The notes under the pieces were generated by a model that had not been told where the DNA came from, made no database searches, and saw nothing but the letters and a program-made list of their open reading frames with translations. Of a DNA stretch of 64,000 bases, positions 34,098-44,736 are shown in pieces. Numbering within the stretch: the first letter of the stretch is position 1; the number at the start of each line of letters is the position of its first letter. Both the position numbers and the translations under genes were made by a program. Source of the stretch: Gammaproteobacteria bacterium (GTDB lineage Bacteria > Pseudomonadota > Gammaproteobacteria > Eutrophobiales > Eutrophobiaceae); NCBI GenBank assembly GCA_021773235.1, contig JAJFKL010000045.1:12150-76149 (forward strand). The letters run 5' to 3'.

Positions 34098-36623
34098 TTA
34101 GGACTTGGTCTCGTCATCCTTTGACTTATTAATATCAGCCACATTATTTGAGCGATTAAGTAATTCATCAAAGGATTGTGGCTTATGAATACCATAACCC
34201 TGCGCATAGTTAACACCTATTTCTCGTAACATACCCTTGATTTCAACGTTCTCCACAAATTCAGCAATGGTCTGCATACCCATCACCTGACCAATCTCAT
34301 TAATCGATTTCACCATCGCATGGTCTATCGGATCATCAACAATATCTTTAACAAACATGCCGTCTATCTTGAGATAATCCACCGGCAGATTCTTCAAGTA
34401 AGCAAAAGAAGAAAGACCGCTGCCAAAATCATCCAAAGCAAAACGACATCCCAACCCCTTCAAAGTTGAAATAAATTTCATTGCCTGGCTTAAGTTGGCG
34501 ATGGCCATCGTCTCTGTAACTTCAAAGCAAACCTTCTGTGCTTCAACCCCGGTTTTATCAAGCTGTGTGATGATAAAGTCGAGCATATTGTTCTCAGTGA
34601 ATGACTGCCCTGAGAGATTGATGGATATGAAGTTAATCTGTTCAAGAAAAGCAGGGTTTTCCGTAAATAAACGGAACGTCTGTTCAATAACCCACCTATC
34701 TAATTGGGTGATTAGATTATAGCGTTCCGCAGCAGGTAAAAAAGCACCCGGTGGAATAATCTCTCCTTGCTCGTCGAGCATCCTGATGAGTAATTCATAG
34801 TGCTTGTCAGTGCGCTTATCAAGACTCTCAATGGCCTGTGCATAGAGGCAGAAACGGTCTTCATCAAGGGCGTGTTGTATGCGGGTCACCCACTGCATTT
34901 CACCTTGTCGTCGAGCCAACTCAGCATCTTCTTCATGATGCACATGGATGCGATTACGCCCCTTGTCCTTGGCCATGTAACAGGCGGCATCGGCATCTTT
35001 TAACAATTCGGTTAGATTGAGCGTTGCATCTGTTATTGGCACTAAACCCATACTCACGCCGACCCTAAAGCTGCGTCCTTCCCATATGAACTGATAGCCT
35101 TGAATCGCAGTTTGTAATGAGGTTGTTACGCGATGTGCATCATCGAGTGAACAGTGTTCCATCAATACGCCGAATTCATCACCCCCTAGACGGGCTAGCG
35201 TATCGCGATGCCGAACTACCTTTTGTAGCATCTTACTGAGTTGTCTGAGCATTTCATCACCGGCGATATGGCCACAGGTATCATTCACTACCTTAAATTG
35301 ATCCAAATCCATATAACACAAGGCATGTTTTGCTTTGTCCTGTTTAACTGATGAAAGTAATCGTTCTGTCCGGCGTTCAAACTCGTGCCGATTAATCAGC
35401 TCTGTCAAAGCATCGTGACTCGCCTGAAAGCTGAGTTTATCATCTGACTGTTTGCGCTTGGTGATGTCTTGCACCTGGACTATGAAGTAGAGAGGAGTGG
35501 TGTCTTGATCTCGAACTAGTGAGACATTTAACAGACAACAAACATCATGACCCTGTTTGTGTCTATAACGTTTCTCAATCTGATACTTATCAACCTCACC
35601 TGAGATTAACTTTTCGTAATTGTCAACGCTAATTTTAATATCGAGCGGGTTGGTGATGTCATTGAAATGAATTCCTATGAGTTCGTCTGACGAGTAACCG
35701 AGCATCTCATAGAAGGCCTCGTTAACTTCAACGATAATGCGTTCAGGTGAACAGATTGCCATCCCAATGGGCGCATCTACAAATGAAGCCAAAAAACGTA
35801 TATTACTTTCTTGGAGTATTGCTTCCGTCAGTTTGCGCTCGGTGATGTCCTGAAAGATTCCAGTCAGTTTTTGCGTTTTACCATTCTTTTGGGTAGTGCG
35901 ACAGGTTGCGCGCACATTGATTTTTCGACCCTTAGTAGTGTACGTTTCCAACTCTAGATCGTAGTCTTTACCATTAATAATAGCTTCATCCAGAGCTGTT
36001 GTAATAATTTCTCGAGACTCAGGCAAGAAATAGCTTACGCCAGATTCAACTGTGGGATTATATTCTTCTGGCGAGGTGTCATGTATGCGATAGGTTTCGT
36101 CAGTCCAGAACAGTTCTTCAGTATCTACATCAAATTCCCAGCCACCCAATTTAGCAATTTGCTGCGACTCCACTAAGAGTTTGCTGAGCCTCAGTAACTC
36201 ATGCACATCTTTTTTGTGCTCTGTGATATCAAGTCCAAAGGCATAGTTAAACTTTTCGTGACTGATAAACCCCCAGCGAATTTCTTTTACCGTTCCATCC
36301 TTGCAGGTCACGACAGCATCAATTGGTTCGATAGCCGTTTTTGTGGGAATAGCAGCTTCGATTCTTTCTTGCCACAACTGCCTGATGAACTCACGGTATT
36401 CCTTTTCAGGATAGGCCTTTGGCCACCAATCTAACACTGAGGGGATATCTTCCATGGTATAACCAAACAGATCTGTAAATGTTTGGTTCATATATTCACA
36501 CTCCTGACCTTCACCCTCCGAGATGACATAAATCGCTAATGGCATTGATTCCATTACGGCATGGAACCGAACATCATTCTGGATCGTTTGTACTATGTCT
36601 TCTGGTTGGGGCTTGTTATCCAA
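34098..36623 (-). CDS. PAS-PAS-PAS-GGDEF-EAL signalling protein (c-di-GMP turnover)
   Basis: 841 aa. Three PAS-like segments, GGDEF motif RLGGDEFGV, and EAL-domain motifs (FEVTET, DDFGSG). Confidence 0.9.
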   Translation of the reverse strand: MDNKPQPEDIVQTIQNDVRFHAVMESMPLAIYVISEGEGQECEYMNQTFTDLFGYTMEDIPSVLDWWPKAYPEKEYREFIRQLWQERIEAAIPTKTAIEPIDAVVTCKDGTVKEIRWGFISHEKFNYAFGLDITEHKKDVHELLRLSKLLVESQQIAKLGGWEFDVDTEELFWTDETYRIHDTSPEEYNPTVESGVSYFLPESREIITTALDEAIINGKDYDLELETYTTKGRKINVRATCRTTQKNGKTQKLTGIFQDITERKLTEAILQESNIRFLASFVDAPIGMAICSPERIIVEVNEAFYEMLGYSSDELIGIHFNDITNPLDIKISVDNYEKLISGEVDKYQIEKRYRHKQGHDVCCLLNVSLVRDQDTTPLYFIVQVQDITKRKQSDDKLSFQASHDALTELINRHEFERRTERLLSSVKQDKAKHALCYMDLDQFKVVNDTCGHIAGDEMLRQLSKMLQKVVRHRDTLARLGGDEFGVLMEHCSLDDAHRVTTSLQTAIQGYQFIWEGRSFRVGVSMGLVPITDATLNLTELLKDADAACYMAKDKGRNRIHVHHEEDAELARRQGEMQWVTRIQHALDEDRFCLYAQAIESLDKRTDKHYELLIRMLDEQGEIIPPGAFLPAAERYNLITQLDRWVIEQTFRLFTENPAFLEQINFISINLSGQSFTENNMLDFIITQLDKTGVEAQKVCFEVTETMAIANLSQAMKFISTLKGLGCRFALDDFGSGLSSFAYLKNLPVDYLKIDGMFVKDIVDDPIDHAMVKSINEIGQVMGMQTIAEFVENVEIKGMLREIGVNYAQGYGIHKPQSFDELLNRSNNVADINKSKDDETKS

Positions 36624-36845
36624 AATTCTTGACTGCCACCTTGCGAGTTATATTATTGTTGTAATGAATATTATTCCGGTATCTGTTTATATATCGGCAA
36701 TTCAGACGGGAACGGGACTATTTCAATCAACCTTATTCGGCTAAGTATATACTTAGCCGTAAAGTGTTGTAATAAGTATGGAGCGGTCATTTTGGCTTCG
36801 TAGTCTTGTACGAATTAAGGTCGATGGTTTGAAAGTGTCTGAAAA

Positions 36846-36922
36846 TGGCGCGCCCGGAAGGATTCGAACCTCCGACCCCCTAGTTCGTAGCCAGGTACTC
36901 TATCCAGCTGAGCTACGGGCGC
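36846..36922 (-). tRNA. argV: tRNA-Arg (anticodon ACG)
   Basis: Reverse complement GCGCCCGTAGCTCAGCTGGATAGAGTACCTGGCTACGAACTAGGGGGTCGGAGGTTCGAATCCTTCCGGGCGCGCCA folds as a cloverleaf with a CT-ACG-AA anticodon loop. Confidence 0.95.
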
Positions 36923-36969
36923 GTTATTTGAGAACGGCGAATAATATAGAACTACGGGATTTAGTCAAA

Positions 36970-37061
36970 TGGCGGAGAGAGAGGGATTCGAACCCTCGAT
37001 ACGGGATAAACCGTATACTCCCTTAGCAGGGGAGCGCCTTCAGCCGCTCGGCCACCTCTCC
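36970..37061 (-). tRNA. serV: tRNA-Ser (anticodon GCT), long variable arm
   Basis: Reverse complement GGAGAGGTGGCCGAGCGGCTGAAGGCGCTCCCCTGCTAAGGGAG...GGGTTCGAATCCCTCTCTCTCCGCCA. Lies after csrA, as in enterobacteria and pseudomonads. Confidence 0.95.
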
Positions 37062-37224
37062 AGATATATTTAACACAGCAATATCACCCTTTAAATTGGG
37101 TGATTTCCCAAAAACTATATGTTGTTTTGACCCTAGATTTTTAGGTCGTCAAGGATACCCTTGCCGGGATTCCGGGTAAAGACTAGTTAAAAAAACCTTC
37201 TTACTAATATTGTATTTCTAGTGC

Positions 37225-37404
37225 TTATTCAGCATCGGTTTTTTCATCCTGAATCCGATCATAAATTTCTTCACGATGTACAGCAACATCCTTAGGCGCA
37301 TTAACACCTATACGCACTTGGTTGCCACGGATGCCTAACACCGTAACGTTTACTTCATCTCCAATCATCAACGACTCACCTACACGTCGAGTTAATATCA
37401 ACAT
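37225..37404 (-). CDS. csrA: Carbon storage regulator CsrA/RsmA
   Basis: Hand-translated 59 aa: [65 protein letters not shown] Shine-Dalgarno. Below the length cutoff of the ORF track. Confidence 0.95.
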   Translation of the reverse strand: MLILTRRVGESLMIGDEVNVTVLGIRGNQVRIGVNAPKDVAVHREEIYDRIQDEKTDAE

Positions 37405-37541
37405 CTCAATTCTCCTATATCTTCCGTAATCAACGGTTTTCCATTATCTTATTAAAATAAAGTCCCTAAACGTAATCAGCGTTTCTCAAACCTAATGGTA
37501 TTACTCCATCATTTTAGCTCATCGGGTACTAAATTGGTCAC

Positions 37542-38768
37542 TTAGGCTATATTACCATCATCCAGTCCGAAAGCCGTATGTAATGTACGAACTCCAAGCT
37601 CTAAATACTTTTCGGCCACTACGACCGAAACCTTAATTTCCGAAGTAGAAATCATTTGTATATTAATACCCTCATCAGCCAATGCCTTGAACATGGTATT
37701 GGCTATACCAGCGTGTGAGCGCATACCTACACCCACCGCAGAAATTTTCACTATGGTATTATCTCCTGAAACGTCCTTTGCATCGATAGCTTTTGCTGTT
37801 TTCTGCAAAATGCCGAATGCTTTGTCATAGTCATTACGATTTACCGTGAATGTGAAGTCAGTACTATTATCCAGACCTACATTTTGCACAATCATGTCCA
37901 CTTCAATATTGGCATCGGCAATCGGTCCGAGTATCTTAGAAGCGATTCCAGGCATGTCTGGAACACCTACAATCGTCAACTTTGCTTCATCGCGATTGTG
38001 AGCAATACCTGATATCAGTGCTGCTTCCATATTTTCATCCTCATCGGTTATTAACGTGCCTGGACCATCTTCAAAGCTGGAAAGAACGCGTAAGTTAACA
38101 TTATATTTTCTGGCAAATTCAACGGAACGTATTTGTAATACCTTGGAACCAAGACTGGCCATTTCCAGCATCTCTTCGTAAGTAATCAAGGGTAGCCGTT
38201 GTGCATTCTGGACTATTCGTGGATCGGCTGTATAAACGCCATCAACATCAGTATAGATTCTACATTCATCTGCATTCAAAGCAGCTGCCATAGCTACTGC
38301 CGTCGTATCTGAACCACCTCGGCCCAAAGTGGTAATGTTGCCATTTTCATCAATCCCCTGAAAGCCTGCTACGACAACGATTTTACTTTGATCCAGTTGT
38401 TTATGAACACGAGCAGCCTCAATATCAACAATCCTCGCTTTGTTATGTTCATTATCTGTACGAATATGAACTTGGCCGCCAGTATATGAGACTGCAGGAT
38501 AGCCTTTTTCTTCCAGAGCCATACTAAGTAAAGCGATGGTAACTTGTTCACCAGTCGACAATAAAACATCCAGTTCTCGAGGCGTGGGCGTATGTGATAA
38601 CGCTTTTGCAAGCGATAGCAATCGATCAGTCTCACCACTCATAGCAGACAATACCACCACGACCTGGTTACCCTGTTTTTTTGTTTCGATTACTCTGTCG
38701 GCAACTGCTTGAATTCGTTCAATTGTGCCAACGGAAGTACCGCCATATTTTTGGACTATTAATGCCAT
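37542..38768 (-). CDS. lysC: Aspartate kinase
   Basis: 408 aa. MALIVQKYGGTSVG start and C-terminal ACT domains. Confidence 0.95.
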   Translation of the reverse strand: MALIVQKYGGTSVGTIERIQAVADRVIETKKQGNQVVVVLSAMSGETDRLLSLAKALSHTPTPRELDVLLSTGEQVTIALLSMALEEKGYPAVSYTGGQVHIRTDNEHNKARIVDIEAARVHKQLDQSKIVVVAGFQGIDENGNITTLGRGGSDTTAVAMAAALNADECRIYTDVDGVYTADPRIVQNAQRLPLITYEEMLEMASLGSKVLQIRSVEFARKYNVNLRVLSSFEDGPGTLITDEDENMEAALISGIAHNRDEAKLTIVGVPDMPGIASKILGPIADANIEVDMIVQNVGLDNSTDFTFTVNRNDYDKAFGILQKTAKAIDAKDVSGDNTIVKISAVGVGMRSHAGIANTMFKALADEGINIQMISTSEIKVSVVVAEKYLELGVRTLHTAFGLDDGNIA

Positions 38769-38837
38769 ATCGCTGATTCTAGTAAAAAGCGACGAATTCT
38801 AGCTGAACTGGGCAATATAAGGAATAGATAATAAGGT

Positions 38838-41438
38838 TCAAATCTGGTCACGAATCCAGTCTGGGACGTTTTTTAGTGCGTCTTCCAAGCCTGAGGGATC
38901 ATTTCCGCCGGCCTGAGCCATATCCGGCCGGCCACCGCCTTTCCCGCCTACTTGTTGTGCGACATGGTTGACCAGATCACCTGCCTTGATTCGATCTGTG
39001 GCGTCTTGAGTTACACCAGCGACCAAACTCACTTTTGAGTCGTTCACTGTCGCGAGTATGACCACTGCTGTGCCGAGCTTATTTTTCAATTGGTCGACTG
39101 TTTCGCGTAGGGTTTTTGGATCGATACCTTCGAGTGATTTTGCAATGATCTTAATTCCTTCTATTGTTTCTGCTTCACTGGCCATATCCGAGCCTGCACT
39201 ACTGGCCACCTTACCTTTAAGTTGTTCCAGCTCTTTTTCCAACTTTCGGGTTTTGTCGATTTGTACTGATAGCTTCGAGTCAACTGACTCAATGTCGGTT
39301 TTAAGGATCTCTGCAATACGCTGTAATTTAACTTCCGCATTTTCAATCCAGTTTAAGGCACCAACACCCGTTACGGCTTCTATCCGGCGTACGCCTGATG
39401 CCGTTCCCGACTCCGAGACTATCTTGAAAAAACCGATATCACCCGCACGTTCAACGTGTGTTCCGCCACAGAGTTCGCATGAAAAATCACCGCCTATATT
39501 CAATACTCTGACTGTGTCTTCATACTTTTCACCAAATAAGGACATGGCTCCAGAAGCCTTGGCGTTATCCAGTGACATGACTTGTACTTCAGTTGCTTCA
39601 TTCTTTAATACTTGAGAATTTACCAACCTCTCAATTTCATGAATCTGCTGTTTTGTTAATGGTTCGTTATGTGAGAAATCAAAACGTAACCGATCATCCG
39701 CAACCAAAGATCCTTTTTGTAAAACATGTTCTCCTAAAAGATTGCGTAACGCGGTATGCAATAAATGCGTTGCTGAATGATTGCGCATGATGTCGATGCG
39801 TCGTTTTTGATCGACAGACGCGCGTACAACATCCCCCACCCTTAATATACCAGTACGTAATACACCAAGATGAATATGCGATTGACCTTGTTTCTTTGTA
39901 TCTTCTATTTCAAAAAACACATCATCAGTAAAAAGTTCACCTTTGTCACCCACCTGACCACCAGACTGAGCATAGAGAGGCGTTTCTAATAATATAACGC
40001 CTCCAACATCACCTTGTTTTAAAGACTTTACATTACGACCATCCTGATAAAGCGCAATGATGGTTGTCTTTTGCTTTAAACGATCGTATCCAGTGAACTC
40101 ACTGACTAAGCTATCATCGGTATCGACAGATACACCAACATCAAACTTACTTGCAGCCCTTGCACGTTTACGCTGTTCAGCCATGGCCTTATTAAAGCCA
40201 TCCATATCTACTTTTAGATTCCGCTCACGCGCTATATCTGCGGTAAGATCAACCGGGAATCCATAAGTATCATATAAACGGAAGACATCCTCTCCTTGAA
40301 TCACATCACTATCCATTTTACTTATAACGTCATCCAGAACCTTTAACCCTTGTTCTAGGGTCTCTGCAAAACGTTCTTCTTCAGCTAACAATACTCTTTC
40401 TATATTTAACTTTGATTGTGCTAATTCAGGATAGGCTTTACCCATAACTTGTTCGAGTACATCGACTAACTTATAAAAGAAGGGTTCATTGAAACCTAGT
40501 TTGTTGCCATGTCGAATTGCACGTCGGGTGATTCTGCGTAAGACATAACCGCGACCTTCATTAGAAGGGATAACGCCATCGGAAATCAAGAATGAACAGG
40601 AACGAATATGATCAGCAACGACTTGACTGGAGATAACATCAAGATCTTTTTTACCAGCAAGCTCTCTTATTGAATGAATGATTTTTACGAATGATTCAAT
40701 TTCATAATTATTATGCACGTCTTGTATAACCGCAGTAATACGCTCGAGCCCCATCCCGGTATCAACAGATGGATCAGGTATAGGTTTTAAATTGCCACCT
40801 GCATCACGGTCATATTGTGTAAAAACAAGATTCCATATTTCAATATATCGATCCAGATCGGCATCAGCTGAGCCTGGAGGGCCACCGGGGATATCTTCGC
40901 CATGGTCATAAAAGATTTCGCTGCAAGGGCCACAGGGACCTGTATCACCCATGGACCAAAAATTATCGGCTTCACCACAACGACTAAAACGATCCGGTGA
41001 TACACCTATCTCTTTTAGCCAAATATCAGCCGCTTCATCATCATCTTCATATACCGTGATCCATAATTTAGATTCAGGTATTTTTAATTCTTCTGTTAAA
41101 TATTCCCAGGCATACGCTATTGCTTCACGCTTAAAATAATCACCAAAACTAAAGTTTCCTAACATCTCAAAAAAAGTGTGGTGGCGTGCCGTATAGCCAA
41201 CGTTTTCCAGATCATTGTGCTTACCACCTGCGCGTACACAACGCTGTGATGATGTTGCGCGTTTATATTCTCGTTTTTCTCTGCCAAGAAAGACATCTTT
41301 AAACTGCACCATCCCCGCATTGGTAAATAGCAATGTCGGGTCATTGGCAGGCACCAAAGAACCACTAGAGACTACTTCGTGGTCTTTCGATTCAAAGAAA
41401 TCTAGGAATGATTGGCGAATATCGTTACTGGTTTTCAT
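38838..41438 (-). CDS. alaS: Alanine--tRNA ligase
   Basis: 866 aa. Class II motifs, the HxxxH...CxxxH editing region (HSATHLLH ... CGGTHV), and a C-terminal DHHA1-like domain. Confidence 0.97.
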   Translation of the reverse strand: MKTSNDIRQSFLDFFESKDHEVVSSGSLVPANDPTLLFTNAGMVQFKDVFLGREKREYKRATSSQRCVRAGGKHNDLENVGYTARHHTFFEMLGNFSFGDYFKREAIAYAWEYLTEELKIPESKLWITVYEDDDEAADIWLKEIGVSPDRFSRCGEADNFWSMGDTGPCGPCSEIFYDHGEDIPGGPPGSADADLDRYIEIWNLVFTQYDRDAGGNLKPIPDPSVDTGMGLERITAVIQDVHNNYEIESFVKIIHSIRELAGKKDLDVISSQVVADHIRSCSFLISDGVIPSNEGRGYVLRRITRRAIRHGNKLGFNEPFFYKLVDVLEQVMGKAYPELAQSKLNIERVLLAEEERFAETLEQGLKVLDDVISKMDSDVIQGEDVFRLYDTYGFPVDLTADIARERNLKVDMDGFNKAMAEQRKRARAASKFDVGVSVDTDDSLVSEFTGYDRLKQKTTIIALYQDGRNVKSLKQGDVGGVILLETPLYAQSGGQVGDKGELFTDDVFFEIEDTKKQGQSHIHLGVLRTGILRVGDVVRASVDQKRRIDIMRNHSATHLLHTALRNLLGEHVLQKGSLVADDRLRFDFSHNEPLTKQQIHEIERLVNSQVLKNEATEVQVMSLDNAKASGAMSLFGEKYEDTVRVLNIGGDFSCELCGGTHVERAGDIGFFKIVSESGTASGVRRIEAVTGVGALNWIENAEVKLQRIAEILKTDIESVDSKLSVQIDKTRKLEKELEQLKGKVASSAGSDMASEAETIEGIKIIAKSLEGIDPKTLRETVDQLKNKLGTAVVILATVNDSKVSLVAGVTQDATDRIKAGDLVNHVAQQVGGKGGGRPDMAQAGGNDPSGLEDALKNVPDWIRDQI

Positions 41439-41803
41439 TATTTTAATAGTTGGCTTATCTGTTCACTGCTAAAACCGCGACTATATAGGAATCGGGATTG
41501 TTTTGCCTTAATTTGATAATCCCCAGGGACACTTTCACCGTATTTTTTTACCCTGACTTCTTCTGCCAATGACATCCAGTCTATCGATTCTGATTCGAGG
41601 CATTGTTCGATCAAAACTTGCTCAATACCACGTTGGCGTAATTCCTGAGTAATCTTATTCGGCCCCTGCCCTTTGTTAAGACTATGATGCACAAAGCTTT
41701 CGGCAAAACGTTCATCACTTTGTAGTCCTTCACTACTAAGTGTATCCAGGAGATCTTCGATTAATACCTCATCTGTGCAACGCCGTGCGAGTTTATTCGC
41801 CAA
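41438..41803 (-). CDS. recX: RecA regulator RecX (N-terminus probably extends to about 41878)
   Basis: The 121-aa track ORF starts at a TTG. The same frame stays open upstream and encodes ...[19 protein letters not shown], a conserved RecX N-terminal helix. TAATG overlap with alaS. Confidence 0.8.
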   Translation of the reverse strand: MANKLARRCTDEVLIEDLLDTLSSEGLQSDERFAESFVHHSLNKGQGPNKITQELRQRGIEQVLIEQCLESESIDWMSLAEEVRVKKYGESVPGDYQIKAKQSRFLYSRGFSSEQISQLLK

Positions 41804-41874
41804 TTCCTTACGGCTATGTTCGCGTCTAGCCAGGAAGTCACATGCTCGTTGCAGGACTTCCTGACGTTCGGTAC

Positions 41875-42957
41875 TCAGGCAATTGCTCCTTCTGTTTCTG
41901 CCTCATCTTGTGTTGCTTCAGCCTCAGATTTAGCGATATCTTCTGCTGTTATTTTCGGCAGCAATTGTTCCCTTATATTCGTTTCTATCTCAACTGCTAT
42001 TTCAGGGTTTTCTTTTAAGAACTTACGCACGTTTTCCTTACCTTGGCCAATACGGTCATCCTTGTAGCTGTACCATGCACCGGCCTTGTCGATAAGCTCC
42101 AGTTTCACGCCAAGATCTATCACTTCTCCAAGACGAGAAATTCCTTCGCCATATAAAATTTCAAACTCAGCTTGTTTAAAGGGTGGCGCTATCTTGTTCT
42201 TCACAACCTTAACGCGGGTTTCATTACCCACTACTTCATCACCTTTCTTAATCGCGCCTATTCTTCTGATATCCAATCGAACCGAGGCATAAAACTTTAA
42301 TGCATTACCACCAGTCGTCGTTTCTGGGCTACCGAACATCACACCAATCTTCATACGAATTTGGTTAATAAATATCACACAACAATTGGCGCGTTTGATG
42401 TTTCCCGTTAACTTTCTTAAGGCTTGAGACATTAATCGCGCTGCAAGACCCATGTGTGAATCACCCATCTCACCTTCTATTTCTGCCTTCGGTACCAAAG
42501 CGGCAACGGAGTCGATAACAACCAATTCAACCGCACCACTACGAACCAACATGTCACAGATTTCTAATGCCTGCTCACCCGTATCAGGCTGCGATACGAG
42601 TAATTCATCAATATTCACCCCAAGCTTCTCGGCATAAACAGGATCAAGGGCATGTTCTGCATCGATAAAGGCACAGGTCTTACCCTGCTTTTGTGCTTCG
42701 GCAATCGCTGACAATGTTAGCGTCGTTTTACCAGAGGACTCAGGCCCATATATTTCAACAACACGTCCATAGGGTAATCCACCAGCGCCGAGGGCAACGT
42801 CCAGTCCGATTGAACCGGTGCTCACCGTAGGTACGGAAGCCACGGCTTGGTCACCCATCTTCATAACAGAGCCTTTGCCAAATTGTTTTTCAATCTGACC
42901 TAACGCCATCGATAGTGCTCTTTTCTTATCTTCTTCAATCTTTTCTGCGCTTGCCAT
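41875..42957 (-). CDS. recA: Recombinase RecA
   Basis: Walker [26 protein letters not shown]-terminus. Trimmed to the ATG at 42957, which has a GGAG Shine-Dalgarno 7 nt upstream. Confidence 0.97.
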   Translation of the reverse strand: MASAEKIEEDKKRALSMALGQIEKQFGKGSVMKMGDQAVASVPTVSTGSIGLDVALGAGGLPYGRVVEIYGPESSGKTTLTLSAIAEAQKQGKTCAFIDAEHALDPVYAEKLGVNIDELLVSQPDTGEQALEICDMLVRSGAVELVVIDSVAALVPKAEIEGEMGDSHMGLAARLMSQALRKLTGNIKRANCCVIFINQIRMKIGVMFGSPETTTGGNALKFYASVRLDIRRIGAIKKGDEVVGNETRVKVVKNKIAPPFKQAEFEILYGEGISRLGEVIDLGVKLELIDKAGAWYSYKDDRIGQGKENVRKFLKENPEIAVEIETNIREQLLPKITAEDIAKSEAEATQDEAETEGAIA

Positions 42958-43106
42958 GTCTAATTCTCCATTTATTGCTTTATTCAAAATACGTAAGCCA
43001 TTCCCTGAACAGCCCTCTTGGAAAGAACTATAGGCAATACATTTTTTAATGTCAATACTTTTTACTACCTATATATTTTATACTATATAATATATTTTAT
43101 TAGCTT

Positions 43107-44030
43107 ATGGCCTTATTTTGTATAATCCATGACATTAACCCTATTTCTAACAATACAATGCTGAACGATATTAAATGGGCAACACGCCAACGCTTGCAGT
43201 ACATAGAGCTTATGGCCTACTACACAGGTGTAGTCACCCGCAGTGAGGTGGCCAAAGCCTTCGGTATCTCTGACGCAGCTGCGACGAAGGATCTGAAGCT
43301 TTATAGCGATATCGCCCCTGAGAACCTGACATATAAGCACACTGTGTTTGGCTTTGTGCCCACGCCCGCATTTAAAGAGGTCTTTGCCGATCTATCTCCG
43401 GCAACCGTATTACCCATGATTGAAGCTAATCTGACCGTTGTCGGCGGCCCGAGCCAAGATAGCGCTGTCTTTGGCATCCCGGTTGATGGTCTTGCCTTGC
43501 CCAATCGATTGCCCGATAAAGCCGTGCTAGCACAAGTCACACGCGCGATTCATAATAAGAAAAAGCTCAATGTTAGTTATCATTCACTTTCAAATAGAAC
43601 TAGTGATGAAAATCGACTTATCGAACCACATGCACTAGTTAACACCGGTTTTCGTTGGCATGTGCGTGCCTACAATGAGGACACTTTTGATTTCAGGGAC
43701 TTCGTCTTATCACGATTCGAAGCCGCTGAGTGTCAAGATGAAACGGCTGATTCCAGCGCGCAATATGATGATGACTGGGTAGAGATCATCACTATGAAAC
43801 TGACTCCTCACCCTAAACTGGAGGATAAAAACCGAGCCAGCCTGCTAATCGATTACGGTAGTGATAATGACATTATCGAGATAAAAATCCGGCGCGCCTT
43901 GATTGGCTATTTACTACAACAACTGTCTGTTGATACAACGCAGGACCACTCATTAAATCCTAATAAGTACCAATTGATTGTGTTGAATCGAGATGAGATT
44001 GAGCCTTTTGCGGGTTGGGCGTTTAATTAA
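43107..44030 (+). CDS. HTH-WYL domain transcriptional regulator (BrxR/CapW/PafBC-like architecture)
   Basis: N-terminal wHTH (RLQYIELMAYYTGVVTRSEVAKAFGISDAAATKDL) and a central WYL-type segment (RLIEPHALVNTGFRWHVRAYN). Start may be the ATG at 43158. GC visibly higher than the flanks. Confidence 0.7.
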   Translation: MALFCIIHDINPISNNTMLNDIKWATRQRLQYIELMAYYTGVVTRSEVAKAFGISDAAATKDLKLYSDIAPENLTYKHTVFGFVPTPAFKEVFADLSPATVLPMIEANLTVVGGPSQDSAVFGIPVDGLALPNRLPDKAVLAQVTRAIHNKKKLNVSYHSLSNRTSDENRLIEPHALVNTGFRWHVRAYNEDTFDFRDFVLSRFEAAECQDETADSSAQYDDDWVEIITMKLTPHPKLEDKNRASLLIDYGSDNDIIEIKIRRALIGYLLQQLSVDTTQDHSLNPNKYQLIVLNRDEIEPFAGWAFN

Positions 44031-44058
44031 GTTTTCTGCTTTCGACCATGAGCGGTCA

Positions 44059-44679
44059 TTAGGCTTTTACAATCAAGTAACTTCCAGCTCCAACCATGAA
44101 ACCACCAGCTAACTTTTTTGCACCTTTTTGAAGCTTCATTCCTTGTGTCATATACATTACTTTTTTTGCAATAACTGCGTAGGTAACTTTTACTCCGCCA
44201 ACTGTCGCAATAGTTACAAATATAATTATCAGCAAATCTAAATATTCTATAGCTGCCAAGTCTATAAAAGCTGGAAATAAACTCACATAGAAAAATATTG
44301 CTTTAACATCACCAAGGGTTAAGAAGAACCCTGACAAAAAGCTGACTAAGATATTTCCTCTTAATTTTGATTCATCGACAGTATAGGTGGAATTATTTTG
44401 TGATGTTAATAATGAATATCCGATCCAAAGAAGATAAGCGCCACCAATGTATTTTATAATTACAAACATAGCGCCCATAGTTTCTGCTATAACTGATAAA
44501 CCAAGTATCGCTAAAAATATGAATACGAGATCACCAAGAACGATACCCAGAGCTACTGCCACACCATTAGATATACCAAGAGTAGCTGAACGAGTAATCA
44601 CCAGAGCAACACTTGCACTTGGAATTACCGCAAGTGTAATCATAATTAAGAAAAGTGAAACAACATCAAGAAAATTCAT
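44059..44679 (-). CDS. LysE/RhtB-family amino-acid exporter
   Basis: 206 aa, 6 TM. N-terminal PGP-less variant of the LysE pattern (ITLAVIPSASVALV...). Confidence 0.8.
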   Translation of the reverse strand: MNFLDVVSLFLIMITLAVIPSASVALVITRSATLGISNGVAVALGIVLGDLVFIFLAILGLSVIAETMGAMFVIIKYIGGAYLLWIGYSLLTSQNNSTYTVDESKLRGNILVSFLSGFFLTLGDVKAIFFYVSLFPAFIDLAAIEYLDLLIIIFVTIATVGGVKVTYAVIAKKVMYMTQGMKLQKGAKKLAGGFMVGAGSYLIVKA

Positions 44680-44736
44680 AAATCATATTTTATATATTTA
44701 TATGTCTGCTTCGGGTCGGTTGCAGTATTTTAGTAT

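Noticed and set aside
36778-37026. 82-aa plus-strand ORF.
   Set aside because: It is the antisense reading of tRNA-Arg and tRNA-Ser. The tRNA cloverleaves fully explain the sequence.
38769-38837. Possible lysine riboswitch upstream of lysC.
   Set aside because: Only 69 bp separate alaS from lysC, which is too short for an L-box (about 180 nt). No conserved L-box elements were seen.
42958-43106. Search for a LexA/SOS box in the recA promoter.
   Set aside because: No CTGT-N8-ACAG or CTG-N10-CAG motif exists on either strand. The only CTG...CAG is CTGAACAG, with the wrong spacing. The absence is reported as part of the WYL finding rather than as a feature.
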